Source: Oscillospiraceae bacterium
GTDB lineage: Bacteria; Bacillota; Clostridia; Oscillospirales; UBA929
DNA: 64,000 nucleotides
NCBI GenBank assembly: GCA_009777475.1
Contig: WRLU01000006.1
Coordinates: 5,863 to 69,862, forward strand
Direction: 5' to 3'
Shown here: positions 18,405-27,158 of the stretch, piece after piece
How the letters are laid out: each line of letters starts with the position of its first letter
How positions within the stretch are numbered: position 1 is the first letter of the stretch
The notes under the pieces: model-generated
Databases searched by the model: none
What the model was told of the DNA's origin: nothing
Seen by the model: only the letters and a program-made list of their open reading frames with translations
Program-made: the position numbers and the translations under genes

Positions 18405-19730
18405 ATGGATAACAAGAGAAGCTGTTTAGGTGTAAATGATCAAAACCGCCTGACTATAGGCGGTGCGGATGTGGCAGAGCTGGCCAAGGCCTTTGGAACG
18501 CCGTGCTACATCATGGACGAAAACAAAATACGCTCTAACCTCCGGGAGTTTGCTTGCAGCCTGAAAAGGCACTACCCGGAAAAATCACGGATTGCCTACG
18601 CCTCTAAAGCCTTTTCTTGCGCGCATATATATAGCATTTGCGATCAAGAAGGTGTTTGTGCCGATGTTGCTTCGGGCGGGGAGCTATATACCGCCATGAA
18701 GGGGAGATTTCCGGCAAATAATATTTATTTTCACGGCAATAACAAAACCAGCACGGAATTGCGTTATGCCATTAACTTGGGAGTACGTTGCATAGTGGCG
18801 GATCATGCCGATGAAATCAGACAAATTTCAGCTATTGGCAAGGAGTTGGGCAAGACACTCAATATAGGGCTGAGGCTAAAGCCCGGTGTTGAGGCCCATA
18901 CGCATGAATTTATTCAAACCGGGAAGACAGATTCAAAGTTCGGTGCTGACATTGCCTCGGGTGAAGCCCTTGCCCTGGTTAAGGAGATATTAGAGGCTGA
19001 AAATGTAAAGCTAACCACTGTGCATTGCCATATAGGCTCACAGATTTTTGAAGCTGAGCCCTTCGGGTTGGCTGCAATGATTATGATGAAATTTATGGCA
19101 CAGGTTAAAGAAGAGTTAGGATATAAAATTCCTGAGCTGAATTTAGGCGGCGGTTTTGGCATATATTACAGCGGAGATGACAGCCCCAAGGAAATAGCAG
19201 ACATAACAAAAGCTATATCCCACTTTGTGATAAAAGCAGGCAATGAGCTTCATATGCCACTGCCAGAGCTAGTTTTAGAGCCGGGGAGAAGCATTGTAGG
19301 CCCCGCGGGCATAACTGTGTACAAAATCGGCGCGGTTAAAAATATTCCGGGAGGGAAAACCTACCTGTCGGTGGATGGTGGAATGGGCGATAACATCCGC
19401 CACGCGCTGTACGGTGCCACCTATGAAGCAACTCTTCTAGAGGGAGCCTCCAATGAACGCACCGAGATTGTTTCAATAGCGGGGCGGTACTGTGAATCGG
19501 GTGATTTTATCTGCAGGGATATACTATTGCAGCCTGCCAAGGCGGGCGATTTGCTCGCAGTGCTTGACACTGGGGCATACAACTATTCCATGGCAAGCCA
19601 CTACAACCGGGTTCCCAAGCCTCCCGTTGTAATGGTTTCAAACGGTAATCCGTTTGTGGTTGTCAGAAAAGAGTCATGGGAGGATGTAGCGAAATTCGAC
19701 AATGTAATTGCCACTAGAGGGAGATCCTAG
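18405..19730 (+). CDS. lysA: Diaminopimelate decarboxylase
   Basis: 441 aa with the PLP-fold decarboxylase pattern (YASKAF, EPGRSIVG, CESGD). Confidence 0.9.
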   Translation: MDNKRSCLGVNDQNRLTIGGADVAELAKAFGTPCYIMDENKIRSNLREFACSLKRHYPEKSRIAYASKAFSCAHIYSICDQEGVCADVASGGELYTAMKGRFPANNIYFHGNNKTSTELRYAINLGVRCIVADHADEIRQISAIGKELGKTLNIGLRLKPGVEAHTHEFIQTGKTDSKFGADIASGEALALVKEILEAENVKLTTVHCHIGSQIFEAEPFGLAAMIMMKFMAQVKEELGYKIPELNLGGGFGIYYSGDDSPKEIADITKAISHFVIKAGNELHMPLPELVLEPGRSIVGPAGITVYKIGAVKNIPGGKTYLSVDGGMGDNIRHALYGATYEATLLEGASNERTEIVSIAGRYCESGDFICRDILLQPAKAGDLLAVLDTGAYNYSMASHYNRVPKPPVVMVSNGNPFVVVRKESWEDVAKFDNVIATRGRS

Positions 19731-19901
19731 TCAGTCCCTAACCCTTACGGCAGCAGCATATCCGTTTTTTGCCGGACATGCGCAAAAAAAATTTTCTAAT
19801 ATGCTAAAGTTCTGCCGGTGAGTGTACGATAGAGGGAGTAGAGGCACATTTATGGCGCCAAATGAGCTTCAAAATTTAAGCAATGAAGGAGACGTTTAAC
19901 A

Positions 19902-22778
19902 ATGAAAATAACAGCGCACGCGAATACCCGCGGGCAAGCCCGCACGTCAATGAAAATCACCGCATTGACCCTGGCACTGGCGATGACTCTGGCAATGCTG
20001 CCAGGGCTTCCCGGCTTCCCGGCACCCTCCGCGTTAATGGCAGATGCCTCGTACTATTCCGGACCAACCGGAGGCCATTTCATTGACGAAATAGCCCCGC
20101 CCCAGGAAAGCTCCACGCCTATTTCCAACCGAGCCGAGCTGGAGGCTATCAGAAACAATCTCAGCGGCAGGTACCACCTGGTTGCCGATATTGACCTGTC
20201 AGGAGGATATTGGGACCCGATTGGAGATAGCTCTTCAAATGCTTTTACAGGCAATCTGGATGGACAGGGTTATGTTATCCGAAATATGACTATTGTCGGC
20301 AATCATGAATATGCAGGGTTATTTGGATATATTGCGGGCAGTAGTCCAACGATTAGAAACATTGGTTTAGAGAACACATATATTGAGGTGAGTACTCTTA
20401 ACGATGTATATGCCGGCGGAATTTGTGGCTATGCAAAGGTTTTAAGCTCGTCAATCCGAAATTGCTACAATACGGGTGAAGTTGTTGCTGCGGCATCTTC
20501 TAACATATATGTCGGCGGAATTTCCGGATATAGCTCAGGCTTTAGCATCCGAGAGTGTTATAATATGGCAAATATATCGGGCAATGCCTTCATTGGTAAT
20601 AATAGTTTTTTCTCTTATGTCGGCGGAATTTCCGGATATTTAGCTATAGGCTCAACCTCAAACTGCCACAATATGGGCAATATTTCAGGCACAGCCAACT
20701 CACCAGACAATTGGCTTAACTTTTACGTTGGGGGTATTTGCGGCTATAAGCCGGGCACTAGCAGCATCACTGATAGCTACAATACCGGAAGAGTATCCGT
20801 CAACCTTTTCGGTGATAGTTTTTATGAGCCGAATATCAGGATAGGAGGAATCCTCGCCGCAGCCTCTAATGTGGCTATCCGCAATTGTTTCAACCAAGGC
20901 ACGGTAGCTGTAGAAATAAACAACTCTCTCGATATTGAGCCTACTGTTCGTGCAGGCGGAATTTGCGGTGTTCTTGGCGGCTCTAACTCGGGCATTGTAA
21001 AAACCTTTAACACAGGATTTGTGGCTGTTTCAAGTAATTCTAAGTATGGATATTTGTATGCTGCAGGTATTTGTGCCAGCTTTGATGAAGCAATAGAAGA
21101 CTGCTACAATAAAGGGGAAGTGCGTGCCTTTGGAGGAGAGTGGGCTTATGCCGGTGTTGGCGGAATTACCTCAGATACATATGATAGTGCTTCTATAGTT
21201 AACTGTTACAACACAGGTCATCTAGGTGCCGGCAGCGGTACAAATGGCGAGTCACACGTTGGCGGGATTTGTTTATGGCCTCCCTTTGTTGCAAATGCCT
21301 ACTGGAACAGCGACAGCGAGCAGGTGTTAGACTATGCCCCGCAAAACCCCAAAAGAGGTATTTTTGAATCTGAAGACTCGATTGATACAACAACATCTCT
21401 TAACACGCCTCAGATGAAGCTTCAGAGCAACTTTGTGGGCTTTGACTTCGATGATGTATGGGGCATTGACCCGCTTATAAATAACGGTTTTCCCTTTCTG
21501 CGCAATTCACCTAATTGGTATAGTGGTGGTGGGTACAGCACCCCTGGACCTGTTACGCCTACCCCTCCGATAGGTACCCCTCCGGTAACTACTACATACA
21601 CCGTCAATTTCTACTCAGACGGCGGTACACAGGTTGATCCGTACACCGGAGTTGAAAGCGGCTCCACGATTGACATGCCCCTGCCTCTGCCGGAAAAGCC
21701 AGACTTTGCCTTTGTTGGCTGGTTCAAGGATCCTCAGTTAACCGAGCGTTGGGTTTTTGAGCATGACACGGTGACATCGAACATCACCCTGTACGCTTCC
21801 TGGGGAGACATCAGGCACACCGGGATTGACTACAACTATGAGGATTTAATTGTGCCGGGGTCCATAAACGGCACTGAGGTTAGGGATCAATTCCACATCA
21901 ATTTGCGCAGGGAAACCTTCCTGAAGCCAGATAGTTATACTATTAAATCCTACAGCATTGACGGCGGCAACAAGTGGAAGGGAATCAAAAAGGGTAATGA
22001 GTTTGACAACGGCGATAAAAAAGGCTTTGTTAAATTTTTAGGAAAAAACACTACCCTGCATTTGTCGGATAAAGAGATAGACAAGGCGACAAAAAAACCC
22101 GAAGAAGGCGACACCCGCGTGACCTTCCCAACCATTGAGAAGCGTGCCAAGGCCCCCAGGTGTACAATCAACTATCTCCTGGCGGCTGATATGACCGGCA
22201 AAACCACAGGTGAATGGATGCTCTCCGCCAAAAAAGTGGAGGATGTGCCGTTGAAGGCCGGAATTGAGATCGCCGCCTCGGGTTCTAATCCCAAAGAAGT
22301 GGGCGAAATGGGCTACGGTAGGTTTTATTTCCCGGATGACCCCGATATGCGTATTGGCATACCCGTTGAGGTTTCACCCAACGGCAAGGCGGAAACCTTT
22401 GTTTATTTTGTCCGCACCGCCCCTCGTCCCAATGAAGACGGCGTTTCCTACACAGCCGGAAGCAAGCCGAGGAAAACGCTGGCGACAAGCATGGGAAACA
22501 GTGTTAAAAGCATCGGCAAGGCTCCAAGCTACAGCATTAAAAATGATACCATCAAGCTTAAAAAGGGCGACATGATTTTCGCCGGAAGCGAGTCGGAGCT
22601 GGGAGTCGGGCCTGAGATTGTCTCCGGCAGTGCCGGCCTGACCCAGGGTAAGCTCCTGTACGCCAAGGACAACAAGACTGAAATTTCCCTGGCGGATTAC
22701 CCTTCCGGATCAATTATGCTCTGGAAGGCACCCAAGTTAAAAAAAGCGGTCAGTCGCAAGCTGCTGCTGACACCCTGA
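19902..22778 (+). CDS. Large secreted protein: signal peptide, GLUG-motif beta-helix repeats, Listeria-Bacteroides (Flg_new) repeat, unassigned basic C-terminal module
   Basis: 958 aa. Hydrophobic leader ITALTLALAMTLAML. At least 8 repeats of the type YAGGICGY / YVGGISGY. YTVNFYSDGGTQV..FAFVGWFKD..ITLYASW. The C-terminal ~318 aa are homologous to the tail of the 35959..38271 protein. Confidence 0.75.
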   Translation: MKITAHANTRGQARTSMKITALTLALAMTLAMLPGLPGFPAPSALMADASYYSGPTGGHFIDEIAPPQESSTPISNRAELEAIRNNLSGRYHLVADIDLSGGYWDPIGDSSSNAFTGNLDGQGYVIRNMTIVGNHEYAGLFGYIAGSSPTIRNIGLENTYIEVSTLNDVYAGGICGYAKVLSSSIRNCYNTGEVVAAASSNIYVGGISGYSSGFSIRECYNMANISGNAFIGNNSFFSYVGGISGYLAIGSTSNCHNMGNISGTANSPDNWLNFYVGGICGYKPGTSSITDSYNTGRVSVNLFGDSFYEPNIRIGGILAAASNVAIRNCFNQGTVAVEINNSLDIEPTVRAGGICGVLGGSNSGIVKTFNTGFVAVSSNSKYGYLYAAGICASFDEAIEDCYNKGEVRAFGGEWAYAGVGGITSDTYDSASIVNCYNTGHLGAGSGTNGESHVGGICLWPPFVANAYWNSDSEQVLDYAPQNPKRGIFESEDSIDTTTSLNTPQMKLQSNFVGFDFDDVWGIDPLINNGFPFLRNSPNWYSGGGYSTPGPVTPTPPIGTPPVTTTYTVNFYSDGGTQVDPYTGVESGSTIDMPLPLPEKPDFAFVGWFKDPQLTERWVFEHDTVTSNITLYASWGDIRHTGIDYNYEDLIVPGSINGTEVRDQFHINLRRETFLKPDSYTIKSYSIDGGNKWKGIKKGNEFDNGDKKGFVKFLGKNTTLHLSDKEIDKATKKPEEGDTRVTFPTIEKRAKAPRCTINYLLAADMTGKTTGEWMLSAKKVEDVPLKAGIEIAASGSNPKEVGEMGYGRFYFPDDPDMRIGIPVEVSPNGKAETFVYFVRTAPRPNEDGVSYTAGSKPRKTLATSMGNSVKSIGKAPSYSIKNDTIKLKKGDMIFAGSESELGVGPEIVSGSAGLTQGKLLYAKDNKTEISLADYPSGSIMLWKAPKLKKAVSRKLLLTP

Positions 22779-22789
22779 CGCAATACCCG

Positions 22790-22815
22790 CCGCCCGGGGA
22801 AAAATCCCCGGGCGG
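22790..22815 (+). terminator. Stem-loop terminator after the GLUG protein gene
   Basis: CCGCCCGGGGaaaaatCCCCGGGCGG, followed by CTGTTTGCTT. Confidence 0.6.
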
Positions 22816-22913
22816 CTGTTTGCTTAGAGACGCAGAATGAGTGAACCCGAAATAATGCCCATTGACAGACATTGCACAGAGATGATAATATAACCTGGCG
22901 AGGTGGTGAACAG

Positions 22914-23528
22914 ATGATAGGCGTTATTGACTATAAGGCTGGAAATGCCCCCAGCGTGGCAAATGCTTTGCGCCGGGTTGGTGCAAGCTTCAGGATGGTG
23001 TCGTCTCCCGGCGAATTAGAAGAAATGACGGGCCTTATACTTCCGGGGGTAGGATCAGCCCAGGCAACTATGGATTCCCTTGAAGAATTAGATTTAATCG
23101 GGGCTATTAAACGCCATGTAGTATCGGACAGACCTTACTTAGGTATTTGCATAGGCTTTCAGATTTTATTTGAGCGTTCCCAAGAGGGTCATGTACCCTG
23201 TTTGGACCTGTTGCCGGGTCATGTTAAAAAATTTGACCCGGAGTCTGTGCGTGTTCCCCAGATAGGGTGGAACCGCGTGGCATTTGTAAGAGAGGATCCG
23301 ATTTGGGCGAATTTGCCTGCTGCCGATTATTTTTATTTTGTTAACTCTTATTATGTTGAGCCGGATGCCCCTGATTTAGCTCTTGGCAGGACCGAATACG
23401 GTCACCGTTTTTGCAGCATGGCATCGCGTGGCAAGGTGTATGGCACCCAATTTCACTTGGAAAAAAGCGCAGAGGCGGGACTTCAGGTTCTTCGCAATTT
23501 TATATCAATATCGGAGGGGGATAATTAG
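22914..23528 (+). CDS. hisH: Imidazole glycerol phosphate synthase, glutaminase subunit
   Basis: MIGVIDYKAGN, GICIGFQIL (catalytic Cys), GTQFHLEKS. The start is trimmed to ATG 22914 (GAGGTGG RBS). Confidence 0.88.
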   Translation: MIGVIDYKAGNAPSVANALRRVGASFRMVSSPGELEEMTGLILPGVGSAQATMDSLEELDLIGAIKRHVVSDRPYLGICIGFQILFERSQEGHVPCLDLLPGHVKKFDPESVRVPQIGWNRVAFVREDPIWANLPAADYFYFVNSYYVEPDAPDLALGRTEYGHRFCSMASRGKVYGTQFHLEKSAEAGLQVLRNFISISEGDN

Positions 23529-24317
23529 ATGCTGACTAAAAGGCTGATTGCCTGTTTTGACATACGAAACGGCATGGTAACTAAAGCCCATAAATTCCAA
23601 GACAATATCGACATTGCCAAAGCAACCGATATGGCGGAAAAAATGTATCAGGACAAAATTGACGAGATTATTTTTTTTGACATCACCGCAAGCTCCGACC
23701 GCCGCAAAATCGACATTGATACGGTACGTGCCGTTGCCGAAAAGGTATTTGTACCTTTTACGGTAGGCGGCGGTATCAAAACTCTCGAGGATATGACCGA
23801 GGTTCTTAAAGCGGGGGCTGAAAAAATCAGCATTGACTCAATGGCTGTGCGGAATCCCGACTTAATCCGTCAAGGGGCAGAGGCATTTGGGCGGCAGTGC
23901 GTTGTTTTGAGTATGCAGGTGCAAAAGGTAGGTAAATCGGAAAAAATCCCCAGCGGATACGAAATTTTTATTGATGGTGCCCGAACAGCTACAGGGCTTG
24001 ATGCCTTAGACTGGGCAAAACGCGGCGAGGGCTTGGGAGCGGGTGAAATCTGTGTAAACAGCATCGACTGCGATGGAACCCATGACGGTTATGACTTGGA
24101 AATCACAGGGCTGATTGCGGAAAATGTTAATGTTCCGGTGATCGCCTCGGGCGGAGCGGGAGTCCCCGCCCATATAGCCGATGCATTTGGGATTCCCGGT
24201 GTCTCCGCGGCAATTATAAGCTCTATGTTATATTCCCCGCGCATTGCTCGAAATTATTCGGTCAAAGAAATTAAGGAAGAGCTGATAGGTCTCGGCATTG
24301 CCATGCGGCCCTATTAG
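23529..24317 (+). CDS. hisF: Imidazole glycerol phosphate synthase, cyclase subunit
   Basis: KRLIACFDIRNG.., FFDITAS, FTVGGGI, IASGGAG. It immediately follows hisH. Confidence 0.88.
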   Translation: MLTKRLIACFDIRNGMVTKAHKFQDNIDIAKATDMAEKMYQDKIDEIIFFDITASSDRRKIDIDTVRAVAEKVFVPFTVGGGIKTLEDMTEVLKAGAEKISIDSMAVRNPDLIRQGAEAFGRQCVVLSMQVQKVGKSEKIPSGYEIFIDGARTATGLDALDWAKRGEGLGAGEICVNSIDCDGTHDGYDLEITGLIAENVNVPVIASGGAGVPAHIADAFGIPGVSAAIISSMLYSPRIARNYSVKEIKEELIGLGIAMRPY

Positions 24318-24361
24318 GGCAGCCCCTAAAACCCCATTTTCCGGGTTGTTGGAGGGTTGCC

Positions 24362-25306
24362 CTAGATGATGGTAAGCAGCCTGTCCAGATCCATGGCAAA
24401 GCCGATAGCGGGGGCGTCCCTGCCTAGCAGGCCTAATAGGTTGTCGTACCGTCCCCCGGTTAAAACCTCGTATCCTATTCCCGATATGTATCCTTTGAAA
24501 ACAAGCCCCGTATAATATTCGATAGGGTGCAGCATGCCGAGGTCAACAGAAAAACATGATTTGGGCAACAACTCCATCAGCTTGCTAAGCCTCCCCACAA
24601 TATCCCTCGCCGCCTTTGTTCTGCATCCGGCTGCCTGGGCTAAAACCTCTGTGCCCCCCGAAAGGCACATAATATCAATAAGATCCAGTGCCGCCGGTGC
24701 ATCAGAATATGGCTGTAGGGACTCTTTTAGGGCGGCAAAGCTCTTACGAAGAACCAATGCCCGCAGAATATCAGTTTTTTCAGGAGGCAGGCACAGCTCC
24801 TTGCAGAGGGCAGTGAAAATACCTGCCCAGGAAATCTCAATATGTACCTCACGATCACACCAGCTTAGGCATTCGGCACACAGGCTCAGCATATCGGCAT
24901 CGGCTTGTAAGCCCGATTCCCCGATATACTCTACCCCGGCCTGTAGAATCTGGGAACGCGCTGGAGTTCCGGGGGAGATTCCCGAGCGAAAAACCGGCTG
25001 TATATACCACAGCTTAAGCGGAAGGTGTTCTTTAGAGAGCCGTGTGGCTGCAAGCCTTGCAATAGGGGTAGTCGAGTCAGGGCGCAAAACGCAAATCCTG
25101 CCCGAGCTGTCAATAGCTTTAAGCATAAACTGTTCGTTGATTGGTGTCCCGGTGCGCAGAAAAAGATCGTAGTATTCCAAAATGGGTGTGGAAACTTCGG
25201 TAAAACCATGTTTGGCAAAAATCCCTGAAAGTTTTTCCTGACTCTCCCTTAGCTTGCGGCAGTCAATAATATCTCCGGTGCCTTCCGGAACCCCAATGTG
25301 ATTCAT
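24362..25306 (-). CDS. hisZ: HisZ-like protein (HisRS catalytic-core paralog without anticodon-binding domain)
   Basis: 314 aa with VPEGTGDII, FAKHGFTEVSTPILEYYDLF, VLRPDSTTPIARL. No hisG is adjacent. Confidence 0.7.
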   Translation of the reverse strand: MNHIGVPEGTGDIIDCRKLRESQEKLSGIFAKHGFTEVSTPILEYYDLFLRTGTPINEQFMLKAIDSSGRICVLRPDSTTPIARLAATRLSKEHLPLKLWYIQPVFRSGISPGTPARSQILQAGVEYIGESGLQADADMLSLCAECLSWCDREVHIEISWAGIFTALCKELCLPPEKTDILRALVLRKSFAALKESLQPYSDAPAALDLIDIMCLSGGTEVLAQAAGCRTKAARDIVGRLSKLMELLPKSCFSVDLGMLHPIEYYTGLVFKGYISGIGYEVLTGGRYDNLLGLLGRDAPAIGFAMDLDRLLTII

Positions 25307-25320
25307 CTGTTTTCCTCCTC

Positions 25321-26433
25321 CTATGCTTTAAAACCGGTTTCATATGCGGGATTATACGCCGGAATGTCGGAAAGCTCAACTAAATGACGCGGGTATCCTC
25401 CGGCGTAGTCAACACAGGGTGATGAAAATTCTGAAACGCCGGCGGTATCTGCGGGAGAAAACGGCAGGGTGACGGTAAAAACAGCCCCTTTACCTTTTTT
25501 TGAGGAAGCAAAAATACTTCCGCCGTGTTGCTCGGCGTATGCCGCCGCGAGGGGCAATCCTAATCCGGGGGAGATGTTGCGGGGGGAAAACATGCGGTAT
25601 TTTTCAAATAGGCAAGCTCGTGATTCATCATCTAAGCCGCAACCATCGTCTTTTACCTGCAAAATTAAATTCGTCCCCTTCCTTGACAGGCTTATATCTA
25701 TTTTCCCGCCTTCCCTTACAGAGTGGAGGGAGTTGGAAATCAAATTGAACAAAAGCCTCTCTATTTTATCAGCCTCAACATTTGCTAATGGCAGATTGTC
25801 GATGCCGCTGTATGATACACTAATCCCCAATGTGGCGGCAATCCCGGAGGTTTCATCTGCACACCTGCGGCACAAAAGGTCAATGTCGGTTGGCTCCGGG
25901 TCGGCGTAATCAACATTTTCAAAGCAACGAGAGGTGTCATTCAAATTACACGAAAGCCGTAGCAGTGATAAGGCTCCCCGGCGTACCTCGGCAATATATT
26001 TTTTGTTAGGTTCATCGGTGACGTTCCCCGACTTAAGGCTGTCTACTGCCGCCAAGAGGCTTGCTAAGCGATTTCTTATATACACGCTCATGCTCTGCAT
26101 AAAGGGGGGCATAGCATCATCGGCGGAATGTATGGGGATAAATACTAAAAGCATCTGATTGTCCGACACTTTTACATTTACATGGTACTCGGTGCTTTGT
26201 ACCCTAGCCTTGACCCTTCCAGTTTGATGACCGCTGGAAACTAAGTCTTGGATAGCTTCCAGTGCCCCTGAAGAGATAAATTCGCCTAACGGAATCCCCT
26301 GTGAAAAATCTACTTCACCAAGGTCAAAAAAGCACTTGCCTGAGGTATTTGCCATATACGCCAGACCATTTTTTCCAGCTAAGGCCGGATAAGGCATATC
26401 ATGCAGCTGCCTTTGAATTTCTGCGTTAAACAA
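25321..26433 (-). CDS. Soluble histidine-kinase-like protein (HATPase_c) lacking the phospho-acceptor histidine
   Basis: N box LLFNLISNSLHS, G1 DDGCGL, G2 GLGLPL. The DHp-equivalent segment reads FMQSMSVYIRNRLASL where SHELRTPL is expected. No TM segments. Confidence 0.7.
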   Translation of the reverse strand: MFNAEIQRQLHDMPYPALAGKNGLAYMANTSGKCFFDLGEVDFSQGIPLGEFISSGALEAIQDLVSSGHQTGRVKARVQSTEYHVNVKVSDNQMLLVFIPIHSADDAMPPFMQSMSVYIRNRLASLLAAVDSLKSGNVTDEPNKKYIAEVRRGALSLLRLSCNLNDTSRCFENVDYADPEPTDIDLLCRRCADETSGIAATLGISVSYSGIDNLPLANVEADKIERLLFNLISNSLHSVREGGKIDISLSRKGTNLILQVKDDGCGLDDESRACLFEKYRMFSPRNISPGLGLPLAAAYAEQHGGSIFASSKKGKGAVFTVTLPFSPADTAGVSEFSSPCVDYAGGYPRHLVELSDIPAYNPAYETGFKA

Positions 26434-26507
26434 TTTTTTTGCCCTCCTTCTCCTGCTAAGGTATTATACCCAAGTATAAAGAAAAATGTAACTGTGATTC
26501 AGCGTTT

Positions 26508-26999
26508 TTACTTTTTTTCTTGCCTGTCAAATAAATACAAATGATACATTCTGCCTCCATCAAAGACAAGCTTAAATTCATTCAGGCAAAAGCCCATTTT
26601 ATCAAACCCATTTACCATACGCTTATGGCGTGTATGAGGACCTGCTATAAGCCGTTTTTCTTTAAGCCAGGGGGATGCTTGTGCTATGCTGAGGATAGTT
26701 TCCCCGCCTAATCCGGTAATAACCGCAGTATCTATCTGCTCCGGAGTCAGGGCGAGCAACCCATCTGACAGCATCAGGGTGACTTGCCCTTCTAAGCCGT
26801 GAACCTTCAGCAGTCTGCCCGCACGCGCCAGCGGCCCGGATGAAATATCCAGCCCTATTACCGAACGAGCGAGTCCCCGCTGGGTTAAAAATACCGGAAG
26901 CCTGGCATGATCGGTGCCAACATCGGCAACACGGTCTGCTTCGCGGATCCAATCGGCAACCGCCATAAGCCTAGGGCTTAGCGAAATAGGACGTTTCAT
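26508..26999 (-). CDS. trmK: tRNA (adenine22-N1)-methyltransferase TrmK
   Basis: LSPRLMAVADWI..VADVGTDHARLPVFL..GLDISSGPL. The start is trimmed from 27218 to ATG 26999 (GGGGAGG RBS). Confidence 0.8.
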   Translation of the reverse strand: MKRPISLSPRLMAVADWIREADRVADVGTDHARLPVFLTQRGLARSVIGLDISSGPLARAGRLLKVHGLEGQVTLMLSDGLLALTPEQIDTAVITGLGGETILSIAQASPWLKEKRLIAGPHTRHKRMVNGFDKMGFCLNEFKLVFDGGRMYHLYLFDRQEKK

Positions 27000-27158
27000 A
27001 ACAGACCTCCCCGGCAGACACGGCGCATATTGTCTTAATTTGACATTCGTCAATTGAATTGTAGCATAATGCGCGGTTGCCGTCAAGGCTAAATCTTGGG
27101 AAATTTCAAAAATATACAAAATGCCCCCTGGGGAGGGATGGAATGTGAGGCGAATGAT

